Below, piece by piece: positions 18,814 to 28,774 of a DNA stretch of 64,000 bases. This stretch comes from Spirochaetia bacterium (GTDB lineage Bacteria; Spirochaetota; Spirochaetia; SZUA-6; Bin103): contig OZ241907.1 of assembly GCA_965203515.1 (NCBI GenBank), forward strand, positions 2,112,001 to 2,176,000. Reading direction: 5' to 3'. The first letter of the stretch is position 1. Each line of letters begins with the position of its first letter. Position numbers and translations under genes: made by a program. Under the pieces are notes generated by a model. The model ran no database searches, was not told where the DNA came from, and saw nothing but the letters and a program-made list of their open reading frames with translations.

Positions 18814-19644
18814 ATGAGAACGGTCATGCTCGGCTTTCTGGCCGAGACCCCGATACACCCCGGCTCGGGACGCGGAATGGGCGTCGTGGACCTGCCGGTG
18901 GCTCGCGAGGCGGCGACCGACTATCCGGTGCTCGTCGGATCGAGTCTGAAAGGAGCGTTGCGCGACAAGGCAGAGACTATCGAGGAGACGACGAGCACCG
19001 AAAAGACCGCCGACAGGCGTTTCGGCAAACCCGACCATGCGGGCGACTTGCTGGTATCCGACGGACGGCTGCTGCTCCTGCCGGTGCGGAGCTTGACGAC
19101 CTCGTTCCGCTGGGTAACGTGTCCGCATCTCATCGAACGATATTGTCGCGACCTCAGAAGGGCAGGCTTGACTCAACCGGAAATTCCCGACGTGACGAAA
19201 GATCAGGTGCTTACTTCGGCCACCGGCAATCTTTACCTCGAGGAACGTCAGTTCGCCGTCGCCGGCGAACCGGATCGGAAGTTGGCGGCAGCCGTCAAGC
19301 CTCTGATACTCCACAAAGAAACGCAGAAACGTCTCGATTCCACGATCGCCGTCGTGCATGACGACGACTTCGCCTGGTTCGTGCGATACGGGCTTCCCAT
19401 CCAGGCGCGTAATGACCTCGAAGACAAATCCAAGAAGAGCCGCAATCTGTGGTACGAGGAGACGTTGCCCCCGGATACGATCATGTACGCTCTGGTAGCG
19501 GGCCGGAACGACGGCGCGGTAGGCGCGCTGACCACACTGTTCCCGCCCGACGATCCGTACTTGCAGGTTGGCGGCAACGAGACGGTGGGGCAGGGCTGGT
19601 TCGCGGTCAGCGCGCCTGGGACTGAAACCGGAGTTGCCGTATGA
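18814..19644 (+). CDS. cmr4: Type III-B Cmr4 (Cas7-like RNase backbone)
   Basis: AETPIHPGSG, VVDLPVARE (catalytic Asp), GSSLKGALR, LWYEETLPPDT, QVGGNETVGQG; GAGGAG RBS. Confidence 0.95.
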   Translation: MRTVMLGFLAETPIHPGSGRGMGVVDLPVAREAATDYPVLVGSSLKGALRDKAETIEETTSTEKTADRRFGKPDHAGDLLVSDGRLLLLPVRSLTTSFRWVTCPHLIERYCRDLRRAGLTQPEIPDVTKDQVLTSATGNLYLEERQFAVAGEPDRKLAAAVKPLILHKETQKRLDSTIAVVHDDDFAWFVRYGLPIQARNDLEDKSKKSRNLWYEETLPPDTIMYALVAGRNDGAVGALTTLFPPDDPYLQVGGNETVGQGWFAVSAPGTETGVAV

Positions 19645-20048
19645 CTCTTGAACAGCGCCGCGCGAGAAGCGCTCTGGCGCGAGTCACCCAGCTTGAGCAG
19701 CGGTCCGCCGACTTCAAGAAGCTGTACCGCGCGTACGTGGACCGGCTGGGACCCGCGATCGTCATGAACGGACTGGGACAGGCGCTGGCAGCGGAGCTCG
19801 CGGCCGCCGGACCTCAGCCGGACAGCGATCGAGAGCGGGCGCATCGCGAGTTGTATGACAGTCTGAACCACTGGCTATGCCGGGAGGAACGCGGGGAACG
19901 CATATTTCCGAACGGCGATGACCTGCTCCGCGCCATTACGGCGAACCGCGAATCGTGCTACCTGCACGCGCAGGCCGAAGCGCTGGCGTGGCTGGAATGG
20001 CATAAGAAGTTCTGTCGCGCTTCCTTTCCGAAGGGCGAGGCAGACTAG
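19641..20048 (+). CDS. cmr5: Type III-B small subunit Cmr5 (Cas11)
   Basis: TLEQRRA, PAIVMNGLGQALA, AEALAWLEWHKKF. Confidence 0.93.
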   Translation: MTLEQRRARSALARVTQLEQRSADFKKLYRAYVDRLGPAIVMNGLGQALAAELAAAGPQPDSDRERAHRELYDSLNHWLCREERGERIFPNGDDLLRAITANRESCYLHAQAEALAWLEWHKKFCRASFPKGEAD

Positions 20049-20050
20049 CC

Positions 20051-21172
20051 GTGGCGCGCCCACTCTACACCGGCGCAGCTTCGGCCCGTCGCGCGACGGA
20101 CGGACACGCCGGTCTGTGGTTCGACAAGTTCTGCGACCGGTGGCAGATCAACGATTCTCATTGGTCCATGAAGGGAGACTCCAACGCCAAGCTCGAATGG
20201 ATCAGGACCGTAACCGACCGTACGGTTGGAACGCAGGATCAGATCGATGAGTACGCGTCCCGGTTGCTGAGAATGGTCGATCGGCGTTGCGGACGCTGGG
20301 AGGTGTACGTGACGGAGTCGCGTTTCGTTACCGGATTGGGACGCAGCCATCCCGTCGAAAACGGCTTCGCCTGGCATCCGACCTTGGGAACTCCCTATCT
20401 GCCGGGAAGTTCCGTCAAGGGGCTGATCCATGCGTGGGCGAAGACGGGTGCCGGGAACATGGACCCGACAAGGTGCAAGCGCGTGTTCGGGGACATCGGA
20501 GATGCCGGCGCCGTGTGTTTTCTGGACGCCGTGCCGACCGCTCCCGTGAAACTCGTCGCCGATGTCATGACGCCTCACTATGCCGGCTGGAGTAGCGACG
20601 ACCCGCCTGGCGACTGGCGGTCTCCTGTGCCCATTCCCTTTCTGGTCACGGACACTAGTACTACCTTCCTGTTCGGCTTCGTTCCATCCCGTCGCACTGA
20701 CACTACGACGGACTTGAATGCCGTCGCGGAATGGCTGCGGTCAGCTCTCGAATGGGCCGGGGCCGGCGCCAAGACATCCGTCGGCTATGGTCGTATGGGT
20801 CTCGATCGGGACATGCGAATGCAGATGGAAAAGAAGGAAGCAGCACGGCACAAGGAATGGGAGCGGCAGCGAGCGCTTCAGAGTGCGCGGGAGAACCTGC
20901 CGAAAGACGCTGCCGAGATCGAAGAGATGATCGTGTCAGGAGATTGGTCCGACAGAAATCCCTTCCTGGACGCCGCGACGAGCTTCTTGAGCGACAAACA
21001 GCGGCTCAGCAAAGCAGCTTACGACCGTCTCAAGAAGCAGATATCTGAATACTGGCCGGGGATTATCGAAAATCCCGACGCTGAGCAAGGCAAGAAAAAG
21101 AAGCCGAAATACCGACCGCGTCCGCAGGCTTTGGCAAAGAAGCTGCTGTCTATTGAAATCGAAGGAGATTGA
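20051..21172 (+). CDS. cmr6: Type III-B Cmr6 with charged C-terminal extension
   Basis: HAGLWFDKF, RFVTGLG..HPVENG, PYLPGSSVKG, DVMTPHY, PVPIPFL, GAGAKTSVGYG. Confidence 0.93.
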   Translation: MARPLYTGAASARRATDGHAGLWFDKFCDRWQINDSHWSMKGDSNAKLEWIRTVTDRTVGTQDQIDEYASRLLRMVDRRCGRWEVYVTESRFVTGLGRSHPVENGFAWHPTLGTPYLPGSSVKGLIHAWAKTGAGNMDPTRCKRVFGDIGDAGAVCFLDAVPTAPVKLVADVMTPHYAGWSSDDPPGDWRSPVPIPFLVTDTSTTFLFGFVPSRRTDTTTDLNAVAEWLRSALEWAGAGAKTSVGYGRMGLDRDMRMQMEKKEAARHKEWERQRALQSARENLPKDAAEIEEMIVSGDWSDRNPFLDAATSFLSDKQRLSKAAYDRLKKQISEYWPGIIENPDAEQGKKKKPKYRPRPQALAKKLLSIEIEGD

Positions 21173-21195
21173 CGCGCTAGTGCTCAAACGAACGC

Positions 21196-22674
21196 TCATC
21201 GACGGCCGGTAAGACACCACCGGAGCCGTTGAAGCATGCTCATCTCGGAGAGCTCTTGCGCAACAGCAGCCGCCCTGTCTCGCTCCGTCTCAACCACGGC
21301 GAGCTTTGCAGCCGTTCTGTCTCGTTCGGCCTCGACTCCCTCAATCCTCGAAGTCAGAGATGACATCTCCTGCTCGATCTTCTCCTTCGATTCGGTAAGC
21401 TCCATGTTCTGGAATTCGAGATCCTCGTTTCGTTTGGAGAGTTTGTCAACTCTGGTTTCCAGTTTCTCGATTTCATCCGATTCCATATTGCGTTTGTCTT
21501 CATCACTCAGAACGGGCCTCGCATCTACTGCGCCGGACAGCTCCACCCAGTCTTCCGCGTGATAATCAGATTGTTTCTTGCGCCGGATGGTACTGACGTA
21601 GGAACTATACTGCGAATCCTTGATGAATAATTCAGCCACGCAGACACTGTCGACAGTAGCCCATCCTGCTATTCGTCGCGTCGAGCGGCTGTCCTTATAG
21701 ACCTGGATATCTGTATCTATACCCGTCAAGGGATGAATGTGTGAATCTCGCCAAAGGGGATTTCGCGCATCTTCAAGCATTGATTTCATTTCCCTTTCCT
21801 GCCGTCCTTTGAGATCTTCAAGGACCTTGCGAGCTTTTCTTGATAGCTTTATCTTTGTGTTGCCTGCTTTCCTGAAGTCATTCAACAGAAATCCGAATGC
21901 CGACATCGTTACTTCGTTATCGCCAATCGGCTCGAACAGCCCTTCCAGGGTATCGTAACGTTCGCCCAGCTTTTCCTTGAGCTCAAACGTAGAGATGGAG
22001 ATGTTTTCTTCTATGTGGTCCAGTACGTCCAACGCACCCAGGACATCGGCGCCAATCCGTAGAGCCTCGTAATCGAAAGACAACGGTAACCTTGGCAACC
22101 GCACCAACCTTTGTGCGGATGATCGAGATTTACCGCCGTGAACATCATGACGAAGTTCGTAGACATAGGCGCAGGTAAGCCGATGCATCATGCCATAGAA
22201 CGTCAAGTAGGGGAGCACGTGGTTTATGCCGGAGCTCACGCTGATGACTGGATCGAGACCTTCGGACTTCGACTTCAAAACGACCTCATCGAGCTTCTTT
22301 ATGAAGTCGGATAGTCCGGCCCGTTTGAACTGTTCCGCGTCATCCAGCTCCACAGCGGTTTCAACTACTTCAACCTGAAATCCGTTCCATAGCTTTTCCG
22401 CCACATGTTTTACAATGGCGGCGGCTCTCTTGCCTGACTCGGTGTTCGTTGTCAGTAGTACACTTCCGTCTCTGGCGCCTACTTCCATGGCGTTCATGAG
22501 CGAGATCTCGGCCGACAGTTCATACTTGGCAGGACCGATGCTGTCGAGCCTCTTATTGGTCAAGTAATTGGTTTCTTGCCCTTCCTGAATATCCGGGAAC
22601 TTCTTCTTAAGGTTCCTGAGAATGGAAATACCCGAGCTGAAGATGATCTTGTAGGGGGCACGATTGTCCGGCAT
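21196..22674 (-). CDS. CARF (APE2256-like) - wHTH - RelE-like effector (Cami1-like) with extra C-terminal coiled coil
   Basis: FSSGISIL, SAEIS, TTNTESG, AYVYE, RLPRLPLSFD; RelE-like segment KIKLSRKARK...HIHP...VYK..RSTRRIAGW; heptad-rich tail; lower GC; AAGGAG RBS before ATG 22674. Confidence 0.7.
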   Translation of the reverse strand: MPDNRAPYKIIFSSGISILRNLKKKFPDIQEGQETNYLTNKRLDSIGPAKYELSAEISLMNAMEVGARDGSVLLTTNTESGKRAAAIVKHVAEKLWNGFQVEVVETAVELDDAEQFKRAGLSDFIKKLDEVVLKSKSEGLDPVISVSSGINHVLPYLTFYGMMHRLTCAYVYELRHDVHGGKSRSSAQRLVRLPRLPLSFDYEALRIGADVLGALDVLDHIEENISISTFELKEKLGERYDTLEGLFEPIGDNEVTMSAFGFLLNDFRKAGNTKIKLSRKARKVLEDLKGRQEREMKSMLEDARNPLWRDSHIHPLTGIDTDIQVYKDSRSTRRIAGWATVDSVCVAELFIKDSQYSSYVSTIRRKKQSDYHAEDWVELSGAVDARPVLSDEDKRNMESDEIEKLETRVDKLSKRNEDLEFQNMELTESKEKIEQEMSSLTSRIEGVEAERDRTAAKLAVVETERDRAAAVAQELSEMSMLQRLRWCLTGRR

Positions 22675-22740
22675 TTCCTTCTCCTTGGCGGCCCGATGAG
22701 CCACCTAGGGCTGAACTCTACCATAGAGACGGGCGAGTCG

Positions 22741-23616
22741 TCACAGGTGCTCGCGCACCAGGCGTTTGATCTCGGCCGGGTCGAGGTCGGTGCCGCGACG
22801 CGGGGAGGCGATGATCGTGCCGTGGGCGGGGCCGCCCCAGCCCGGCTCGCGGTCGGCCAGCGGGCCGAGCAAGCCGTCGACCCGCAGGCCGTCGCGCCCG
22901 GCGATCGTGAACTTGCGGATCGGAGCGCCGCCGGCCGGCGGGTGGAACGCGGGCGCATAGGCGATGGCGACATCGCACCCGGAGCGGTAGAGCGCCCGGA
23001 GCGCGCCGATGCGGTCGGTGCGCAGGTACCCGGCGGTGCGGCCGCCGGCGGTGGGGAACCGCTCGGCGGTGTCCAGCAGCGCCGCAAGCGCCGCCCGTTC
23101 CCGCCGGTGGGCGTCGGCGTAGACCTGCCATGCGGGACGCGGCGGCATCGGACCGAACGGGTCGATCGACTCCTCCAGTACGGTACGCAGCACGCGGAGG
23201 CCGGCGAAGAACTGCTCGCGCGGGTCCCGAACCGTCAGCCGCATCCCGGAGAAGACGCTCGCCAACGACAGGCTCCCGTCCGCGTCGATCTCCCAGTCCC
23301 TGACCGGGGCGCGGCCCAGGTCCACCTCGGCGACGTAGGCGACGAGCCGCTCCAGCGCCGGTGAGCCGGCCGCGCCGACGGCGCGCGACGCCTGCACGCA
23401 GGCGGGAGGCCACGAACCCGCGGCGTCGTGGTGGTCGAAGTTGTTGAGCTCCGTCTGCCCCGAACCGCCGGCCTCGATGCACGTCACCGCCGGGTCGGCC
23501 AGTTCCGCCGGGGCCGCGCCATCGCGGGCCACCGTTACTTCGGCGGCCGCGCCGGCGCCAAGCAGGAGCGCGGTCAGGCAGGTGTCCAGATCGACCTGTT
23601 GCAGCACCACGCGCAC
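22741..23616 (-). CDS. DHH-family phosphoesterase-like protein
   Basis: N-terminal DLD, FDHHD motif, C-terminal EPGWGG...IIASPR (DHHA1-like). Confidence 0.6.
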   Translation of the reverse strand: MRVVLQQVDLDTCLTALLLGAGAAAEVTVARDGAAPAELADPAVTCIEAGGSGQTELNNFDHHDAAGSWPPACVQASRAVGAAGSPALERLVAYVAEVDLGRAPVRDWEIDADGSLSLASVFSGMRLTVRDPREQFFAGLRVLRTVLEESIDPFGPMPPRPAWQVYADAHRRERAALAALLDTAERFPTAGGRTAGYLRTDRIGALRALYRSGCDVAIAYAPAFHPPAGGAPIRKFTIAGRDGLRVDGLLGPLADREPGWGGPAHGTIIASPRRGTDLDPAEIKRLVREHL

Positions 23617-23623
23617 GAGAAGA

Positions 23624-25381
23624 TCACTCGTTCACGGCGTCGCAGAAGACCATTTCCCAGCCGTGGAACACCAGCGCCAGCCCGATGAAGCGCACCCCCG
23701 GATACTGCCGCGCCAAGCGCTCGTCGGCCAGATAGCGCGCCAACTGCGCGTGCGCCTGCTCGGCTGCGGCCGCCACTGCCGCTTGATCCATCGCCTCGGA
23801 CCGCCGGCGGTACTTGAGCTCGATCAGGTACCCGTAGCGCAAGTGCGGAAAGGCGGCCACCAGCGGTTCCAGCGCGACGTCGGCGTGCCCCTTGCCCAGC
23901 TCCGCCTCCGAGCGGAACACGTAGTAGTCGGTCACGCTCAGGTAGGCCGCCAGAAACCCCTGGATCACCTTCTCCCCGGCGATGTAGTCCCGAATCCCCG
24001 TCTGCCGCGCGATCGCCTCGCTCAAGAACTCGAACGCCGGCCGCCACTCCCCCTCGTTCGCCATCCGCGTCAGCAACTGTTCGAACCGGGACAGGTCGAC
24101 CGAAAAGACCTTTACGTCGCGGTAGCCGTCGCGCAGAAAGCCGTACATCAGCCGCTTCACGGTCTGATTGGGAATCGCCAGCCGAGGCATCCCGTGCGGC
24201 GCGCCGCGGATGCTCAACAGCCCAAAGAAGTGCAGCAGCGAGAGAAAGTTCTCCGGCTCGGCAAGCCGCTCCAGCGGGAAGCCGGGCTGGATGCGGGAGT
24301 CGACCTGTTCCTCGCCGATCACGTCGCGCAGCAGATCGAAGTTGCCGTTCAAGCGTCGGCCTACCACCAGCAGATGGCGCAGCTTGCCGTAGTCGATGCG
24401 CACATTGGTGTCGATCAGGTAGTCCGGCACGGGCTGGTTGGGGATCGATTGGTCCAGGTAGTAGAGCACCATGTCGGAGTTGTAGAGATCGGTATCAGCC
24501 CCTCTGGCGAAGCGGTAGCCGTTGTACCACTCGCCCATGATGCCCAACGCGGTATCGGCGTCCTGATTGAAGACGCCCAGGTCGCGGTACATCTCGACCA
24601 GGCGCCGCACCTCCGCCGCAGTGAAGCCGACCATCTCGTTGAAGTCCGGGTGCAGACTGATGTTCTTGCCGATGTTGAAGCCGCTGGTGACGTCGTCCAG
24701 GGTAATTGGCGACACGCCGGTGATGAACAGGCGTTCGACGCCGCCGCCGGCGCGGCCCGCGCCGCCCTTGAGGACGGCGAAGAAGTTGCGGTAGAAGCCG
24801 CCGCCGTGGGTGAAGGAGTGGTACGCCTCGGCGCCGTGGTACGCCAGCACGGTGTTGGCGAAGTTGTCGTACTCGTCGATCAGCACGTACAGCGGAATGC
24901 CGTGGTCGCCCGCGTACCGGAACAGCGCGGCGAGCTTTTCGTCGATGGACGGCGGCGCCAGGAGGCGCTGCCTGACGGCATCGGGAAACAGGTCCGGATG
25001 CCGTTCCAGCGTCGCTTCGAGCTCGATGTGGCAGTAGCCTTCGAAGCGCTGTTCGAGCGTTTCGAGCTTGTCGTTGACCATCGAGAAGTCGAAGCGCAGG
25101 GTGACGTAGTGGCCGCGTTCCTCGGTCGGGTTGCGCCCGATGTCGGTGCCGGCGAACGTGGCGTCGAAGCGGTCGGCCCAGAAGCGGTCGTAGTAGAGCT
25201 CCAGCAGGGACACCCACAGCGACTTGCCGAAGCGCCGCGGGCGGATCAGGAAGGCGTAGCGCTCCTGCTCCAGGCGAGGCACGAAGCGGGTCTTGTCGAC
25301 GTACAGCCAGCCATTCCGGCGGATGCGCATGATGTCGGCCTCGCCGTAGGGGATGCGCGGGTAGTTGGGGACGGAGGTCAT
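23624..25381 (-). CDS. AAA-ATPase-like domain plus PD-(D/E)XK nuclease domain protein (copy 1)
   Basis: IPYGEAD, YVDKT, RPRRFGKS, VLIDEYD, FITGVSP, GHADVAL...LIELKY. Confidence 0.9.
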   Translation of the reverse strand: MTSVPNYPRIPYGEADIMRIRRNGWLYVDKTRFVPRLEQERYAFLIRPRRFGKSLWVSLLELYYDRFWADRFDATFAGTDIGRNPTEERGHYVTLRFDFSMVNDKLETLEQRFEGYCHIELEATLERHPDLFPDAVRQRLLAPPSIDEKLAALFRYAGDHGIPLYVLIDEYDNFANTVLAYHGAEAYHSFTHGGGFYRNFFAVLKGGAGRAGGGVERLFITGVSPITLDDVTSGFNIGKNISLHPDFNEMVGFTAAEVRRLVEMYRDLGVFNQDADTALGIMGEWYNGYRFARGADTDLYNSDMVLYYLDQSIPNQPVPDYLIDTNVRIDYGKLRHLLVVGRRLNGNFDLLRDVIGEEQVDSRIQPGFPLERLAEPENFLSLLHFFGLLSIRGAPHGMPRLAIPNQTVKRLMYGFLRDGYRDVKVFSVDLSRFEQLLTRMANEGEWRPAFEFLSEAIARQTGIRDYIAGEKVIQGFLAAYLSVTDYYVFRSEAELGKGHADVALEPLVAAFPHLRYGYLIELKYRRRSEAMDQAAVAAAAEQAHAQLARYLADERLARQYPGVRFIGLALVFHGWEMVFCDAVNE

Positions 25382-27192
25382 TGCCGTACCCCGGAACCCG
25401 TCGACCCTATCGGTTCGGACGCTCGCTCGGCAGCCTCATCACTGGTCACGGCGTCGCAGAAGACCATCTCCCAGCCGTGGAAGACCACGACCAGGCCGAC
25501 GAAGCGCACGCCCGGATACTGCCGCGCCAGCCGCTCGTCGGCCAGATAGCGCGCGAGCTGCGCCCGCGCTTCGCCGGCTGCCACCGCCACCGCAGCCGGC
25601 GCCAGAGCCTCCGACCGCCGGCGGTACTTGAGCTCGATCAGGTACCCGTAGCGCAGGTGCGGAAAGGCGCCGACCAGCGGTTCCAGCGCGACGTCGGCGT
25701 GCCCCTTGCCCAGCTCCGCCTCCGAGCGGAACACGTAGTAGTCGGTCACGCTCAGGTAGGCCGCCAGAAACCCCTGGATCACCTTCTCCCCGGCGATGTA
25801 GTCCCGAATCCCCGTCTGCCGCGCGATCGCCTCGCTCAGGAACTCGAACGCCGGCCGCCACTCCCCCTCGTTCGCCATCCGCATCAGCAACCGCTCGAAC
25901 CGGGACAGGTCGACCGAGAACATCTCCACGTCGCGGTAGCCGTCGCGCAGCAAGCCGTACATGAGCCGCTTCACGGTCTGATTGGGGATCGTCAGCCGAG
26001 GCATGCCGTACGGCGCGCCGCGGATGCTCAGCAGGCCGAAGAAGTGCAGCAGGGAGATGAAGTTCTCCGGCTCGGCAAGCCTCTCCGGCGGGAAGTCGGG
26101 CCGGATGCGGGTGTCGACCTGCTCCTCGCCGATGACTTCCCGCAGCAGATCGAAGTTGTCGTTCAAGCGCCGGCCGACCACCAGCAGATGGCGCAGCTTG
26201 CCGTAGTCGATGCGCACGTTGACGTCGATCAGGTCGTCCGGCACGGGCCGATTGGGAATCGATTCTTTCAGGTAATGGAGCACCATGGTGGAGTTGTGGA
26301 GGTCGGCGGCGGCCTCTTTGGCGAAGCGGTAGCCGCCGTACCACTCGCCCATGATGCCCAGCGCGGTATCGGCGTCCTGGTTGAAGACGCCCAGGTCGCG
26401 GTACCTCTCGACCAGATGCCGCACCTCCGCCGCGGTGAAGCCGACCATCTCGTTGAAGTCCGGCTCCAGGCTGATGTTCCTGCCGATGTTGAAGCCGCTG
26501 ATGCCGTCGTCCAGGGTGACCGGCAACACGCCGGTGATGAACAGCCGCTCCAGACCGCCTCCGCTGCGGCCCGCGCCGCCCTTGAGGGTAGTGAAGAAGT
26601 TGCGGTAGAAGCCGCCGTCGATGAAGGAGCGGTCCGTTTCCGCGCCGCGGCAGGCCAGCGCGGTGTTGGCGAAGTTGTCGTACTCGTCGATCAGCACGTA
26701 CAGCGGGATGTCGTGATCGCCGGCGTACGGGAACAGCTCGGAAAGCTTCGCGGCGATGGACGGCGGCGCGAGGATGCGCTGCCGGACGGCGTCGGGAAAC
26801 AGGTCCGGATGCCGTTCCAGCGTCGCTTCGAGCTCGACGTGGCAGTAGCCTTCGAAGCGCTGTTCGAGCGTTTCGAGCTTGTCGTCGACCATCGAGAAGT
26901 CGAAGCGCAGGGTGACGTAGCGGCTCCGTTCTTCGGTCGGGCTGCGGCCGATGTCGGTCCCGGCGAACGTGGCGTCGAACCGGTCGGCCCGGAAGCGGTC
27001 GTAGTAGCTCTCCAGCAGCGACACCCACAGCGACTTGCCGAAGCGCCGCGGGCGGTTCAGGAAGACGTACCGCTCCTGCTCCAGCCGGCGCAGGAAGCGG
27101 GTCTTGTCGACGTACAGCCAGCCGTGACGGCGGATGCGCATGAAATCGGCCTCGCCGTAGGGGATGCGCGGGTAGGTGGGGACGGTGGTCAT
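25378..27192 (-). CDS. AAA-ATPase-like domain plus PD-(D/E)XK nuclease domain protein (copy 2, tandem paralog)
   Basis: Same motifs; long near-identical stretches with copy 1. Confidence 0.9.
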   Translation of the reverse strand: MTTVPTYPRIPYGEADFMRIRRHGWLYVDKTRFLRRLEQERYVFLNRPRRFGKSLWVSLLESYYDRFRADRFDATFAGTDIGRSPTEERSRYVTLRFDFSMVDDKLETLEQRFEGYCHVELEATLERHPDLFPDAVRQRILAPPSIAAKLSELFPYAGDHDIPLYVLIDEYDNFANTALACRGAETDRSFIDGGFYRNFFTTLKGGAGRSGGGLERLFITGVLPVTLDDGISGFNIGRNISLEPDFNEMVGFTAAEVRHLVERYRDLGVFNQDADTALGIMGEWYGGYRFAKEAAADLHNSTMVLHYLKESIPNRPVPDDLIDVNVRIDYGKLRHLLVVGRRLNDNFDLLREVIGEEQVDTRIRPDFPPERLAEPENFISLLHFFGLLSIRGAPYGMPRLTIPNQTVKRLMYGLLRDGYRDVEMFSVDLSRFERLLMRMANEGEWRPAFEFLSEAIARQTGIRDYIAGEKVIQGFLAAYLSVTDYYVFRSEAELGKGHADVALEPLVGAFPHLRYGYLIELKYRRRSEALAPAAVAVAAGEARAQLARYLADERLARQYPGVRFVGLVVVFHGWEMVFCDAVTSDEAAERASEPIGSTGSGVRQ

Positions 27193-27251
27193 TTTGCCGC
27201 GGCCTCGCCGACGAGTCTATCGGTTCGAGCGCCCGCCGGCAACTTCACGGC

Positions 27252-27611
27252 GTGGCGGCGCCGGTTGCCTGCGGCCCACGTCCATCGAACCTGCTGCATA
27301 CGTGGCGTCTCGGTCAAACAGAGGCAATTCCTCTGCTCGGTCTGGAGGAATCCGATAGTTCCTATGCGGAAGATTTGCTGAGCGGTCGTGTTGCGCTACG
27401 CGGTCGTGACATCAAGGATCGGATCGCATACCTGTTTCGTATCAGAAAGACCCTTTCGGCGTTGTTTCGAGACGAAGAAGTCGAGAATGAGTGGCTGCGA
27501 GAGCCGCATGCAGCGTTGAACGGGCAAACGCCGATGGATCGCTTGCTCGAAGGGTCGATGGAGAATCTCTTGCTGGTGAAAGAGTACGTCGAGGCGGCTG
27601 CGGGACGATAG
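27252..27611 (+). CDS. Xre/MbcA/ParS-type antitoxin (toxin-binding domain), possibly 5'-truncated; no RES toxin follows
   Basis: LSALF..EEVENEWLREPHAALNGQTPMDRLLEG..NLLLV; lower GC than neighbours. Confidence 0.7.
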   Translation: MAAPVACGPRPSNLLHTWRLGQTEAIPLLGLEESDSSYAEDLLSGRVALRGRDIKDRIAYLFRIRKTLSALFRDEEVENEWLREPHAALNGQTPMDRLLEGSMENLLLVKEYVEAAAGR

Positions 27612-27796
27612 GAGTACTCGACCGGATTTCACCGAGCGGCGACGGATCGCGGTTCCGACACCAAAGGGCCGTTCCGGCCTTCCCGCGCGACCCGCCGCCG
27701 ATGATCGCCCCGATGGTCCGGTCACGCTGGACAGGTTCGGGCTGCTGCGGGACACTTGGTGAACGGCCTCTCCGGGCCGGCAGGAGGACTCTTCAC

Positions 27797-28774
27797 GTGA
27801 ATCGGATAACGGTTATGGCGCTCGCCATCGCCCTGGCCGCGCTGGCGGCGGCGCCGCTGGCGGCGCAGGACAGGGTCACGGTGGCCTACTTTCTGGAGTG
27901 GCCGACCCCCAACCTGGTCGCGCAGGAACGGAAGACCTATGACGAGGCGCTCGGCGTCGAGGTCGAGTGGCGCGCGTTCGGCAACGGCAACGAGATGAGC
28001 TTGGCGATGGCCTCCGGCGACGTCGACATCGCCTACTCGCAGGGGCTGGTGCCCTGGGTGGTGGCGGTCTCCAACGGCCTGCCGCTCAAGCTGGTCGGGG
28101 TGACCTCGACCTACGGCGAGTCCGACAACTGCGTGGTGCGCGACGGCGCCGGCATCACCCAGGCCAACGCCCGCGAGCTGGAAGGCAAGCGGGTCGCCAC
28201 GCCGATCGGCAACGTCACCCACTACAAGCTGCTGCGCATGCTCGATCACCTCGGCGTCGACGCCGCCCGGGTCAACCTGGTGCAGATGAACAGCGCCGAC
28301 GGCGCCGTCGCCCTGGCGCGCGGCGACGTCACCATGGCGTGCGGCTTCGGCGGGCCGGTGCAGCGGATGAAGGAATACGGCTCGGTGCTGATGACCGCCG
28401 CCGAGCAGGAGGCGATCGGCGTCTACGTGTTCGACGTGGTGTCGGTGACCGAACGCTTCGCCGAACGGCATCCGGACTTGGTGCGCGCGTTCATGGAGGT
28501 CACCGAGCAGGCGAACGCCGCCTACGCCGCGGCGGAGGATCGGGAGGAGCTCGAACGGATCATCGCCCGCGCCGCCGGCATGGAGCTGGCCGCGGCGCAG
28601 GCGTTTCTGGCCGACGCCACGTTCCCCACCGCGGAGGAGCAGAAGTCCGCGGCCTGGATGGGCGGCGCGGTGCAGGCCTACATCCGGGACGTGGCGGAGT
28701 TCTTCGCCGAGCAGGGGCAACTGGAGCGGGCGCTCAAGAGCTACGACTTCGCGGTAGATCCCAGCTTCCTGTGA
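27797..28774 (+). CDS. tauA: Taurine-type ABC transporter substrate-binding protein
   Basis: Signal peptide, VAYFLEWPTPN, DIAYSQGLVP, PIGNVTHYKL; CAGGAGG RBS before GTG. Confidence 0.75.
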   Translation: MNRITVMALAIALAALAAAPLAAQDRVTVAYFLEWPTPNLVAQERKTYDEALGVEVEWRAFGNGNEMSLAMASGDVDIAYSQGLVPWVVAVSNGLPLKLVGVTSTYGESDNCVVRDGAGITQANARELEGKRVATPIGNVTHYKLLRMLDHLGVDAARVNLVQMNSADGAVALARGDVTMACGFGGPVQRMKEYGSVLMTAAEQEAIGVYVFDVVSVTERFAERHPDLVRAFMEVTEQANAAYAAAEDREELERIIARAAGMELAAAQAFLADATFPTAEEQKSAAWMGGAVQAYIRDVAEFFAEQGQLERALKSYDFAVDPSFL

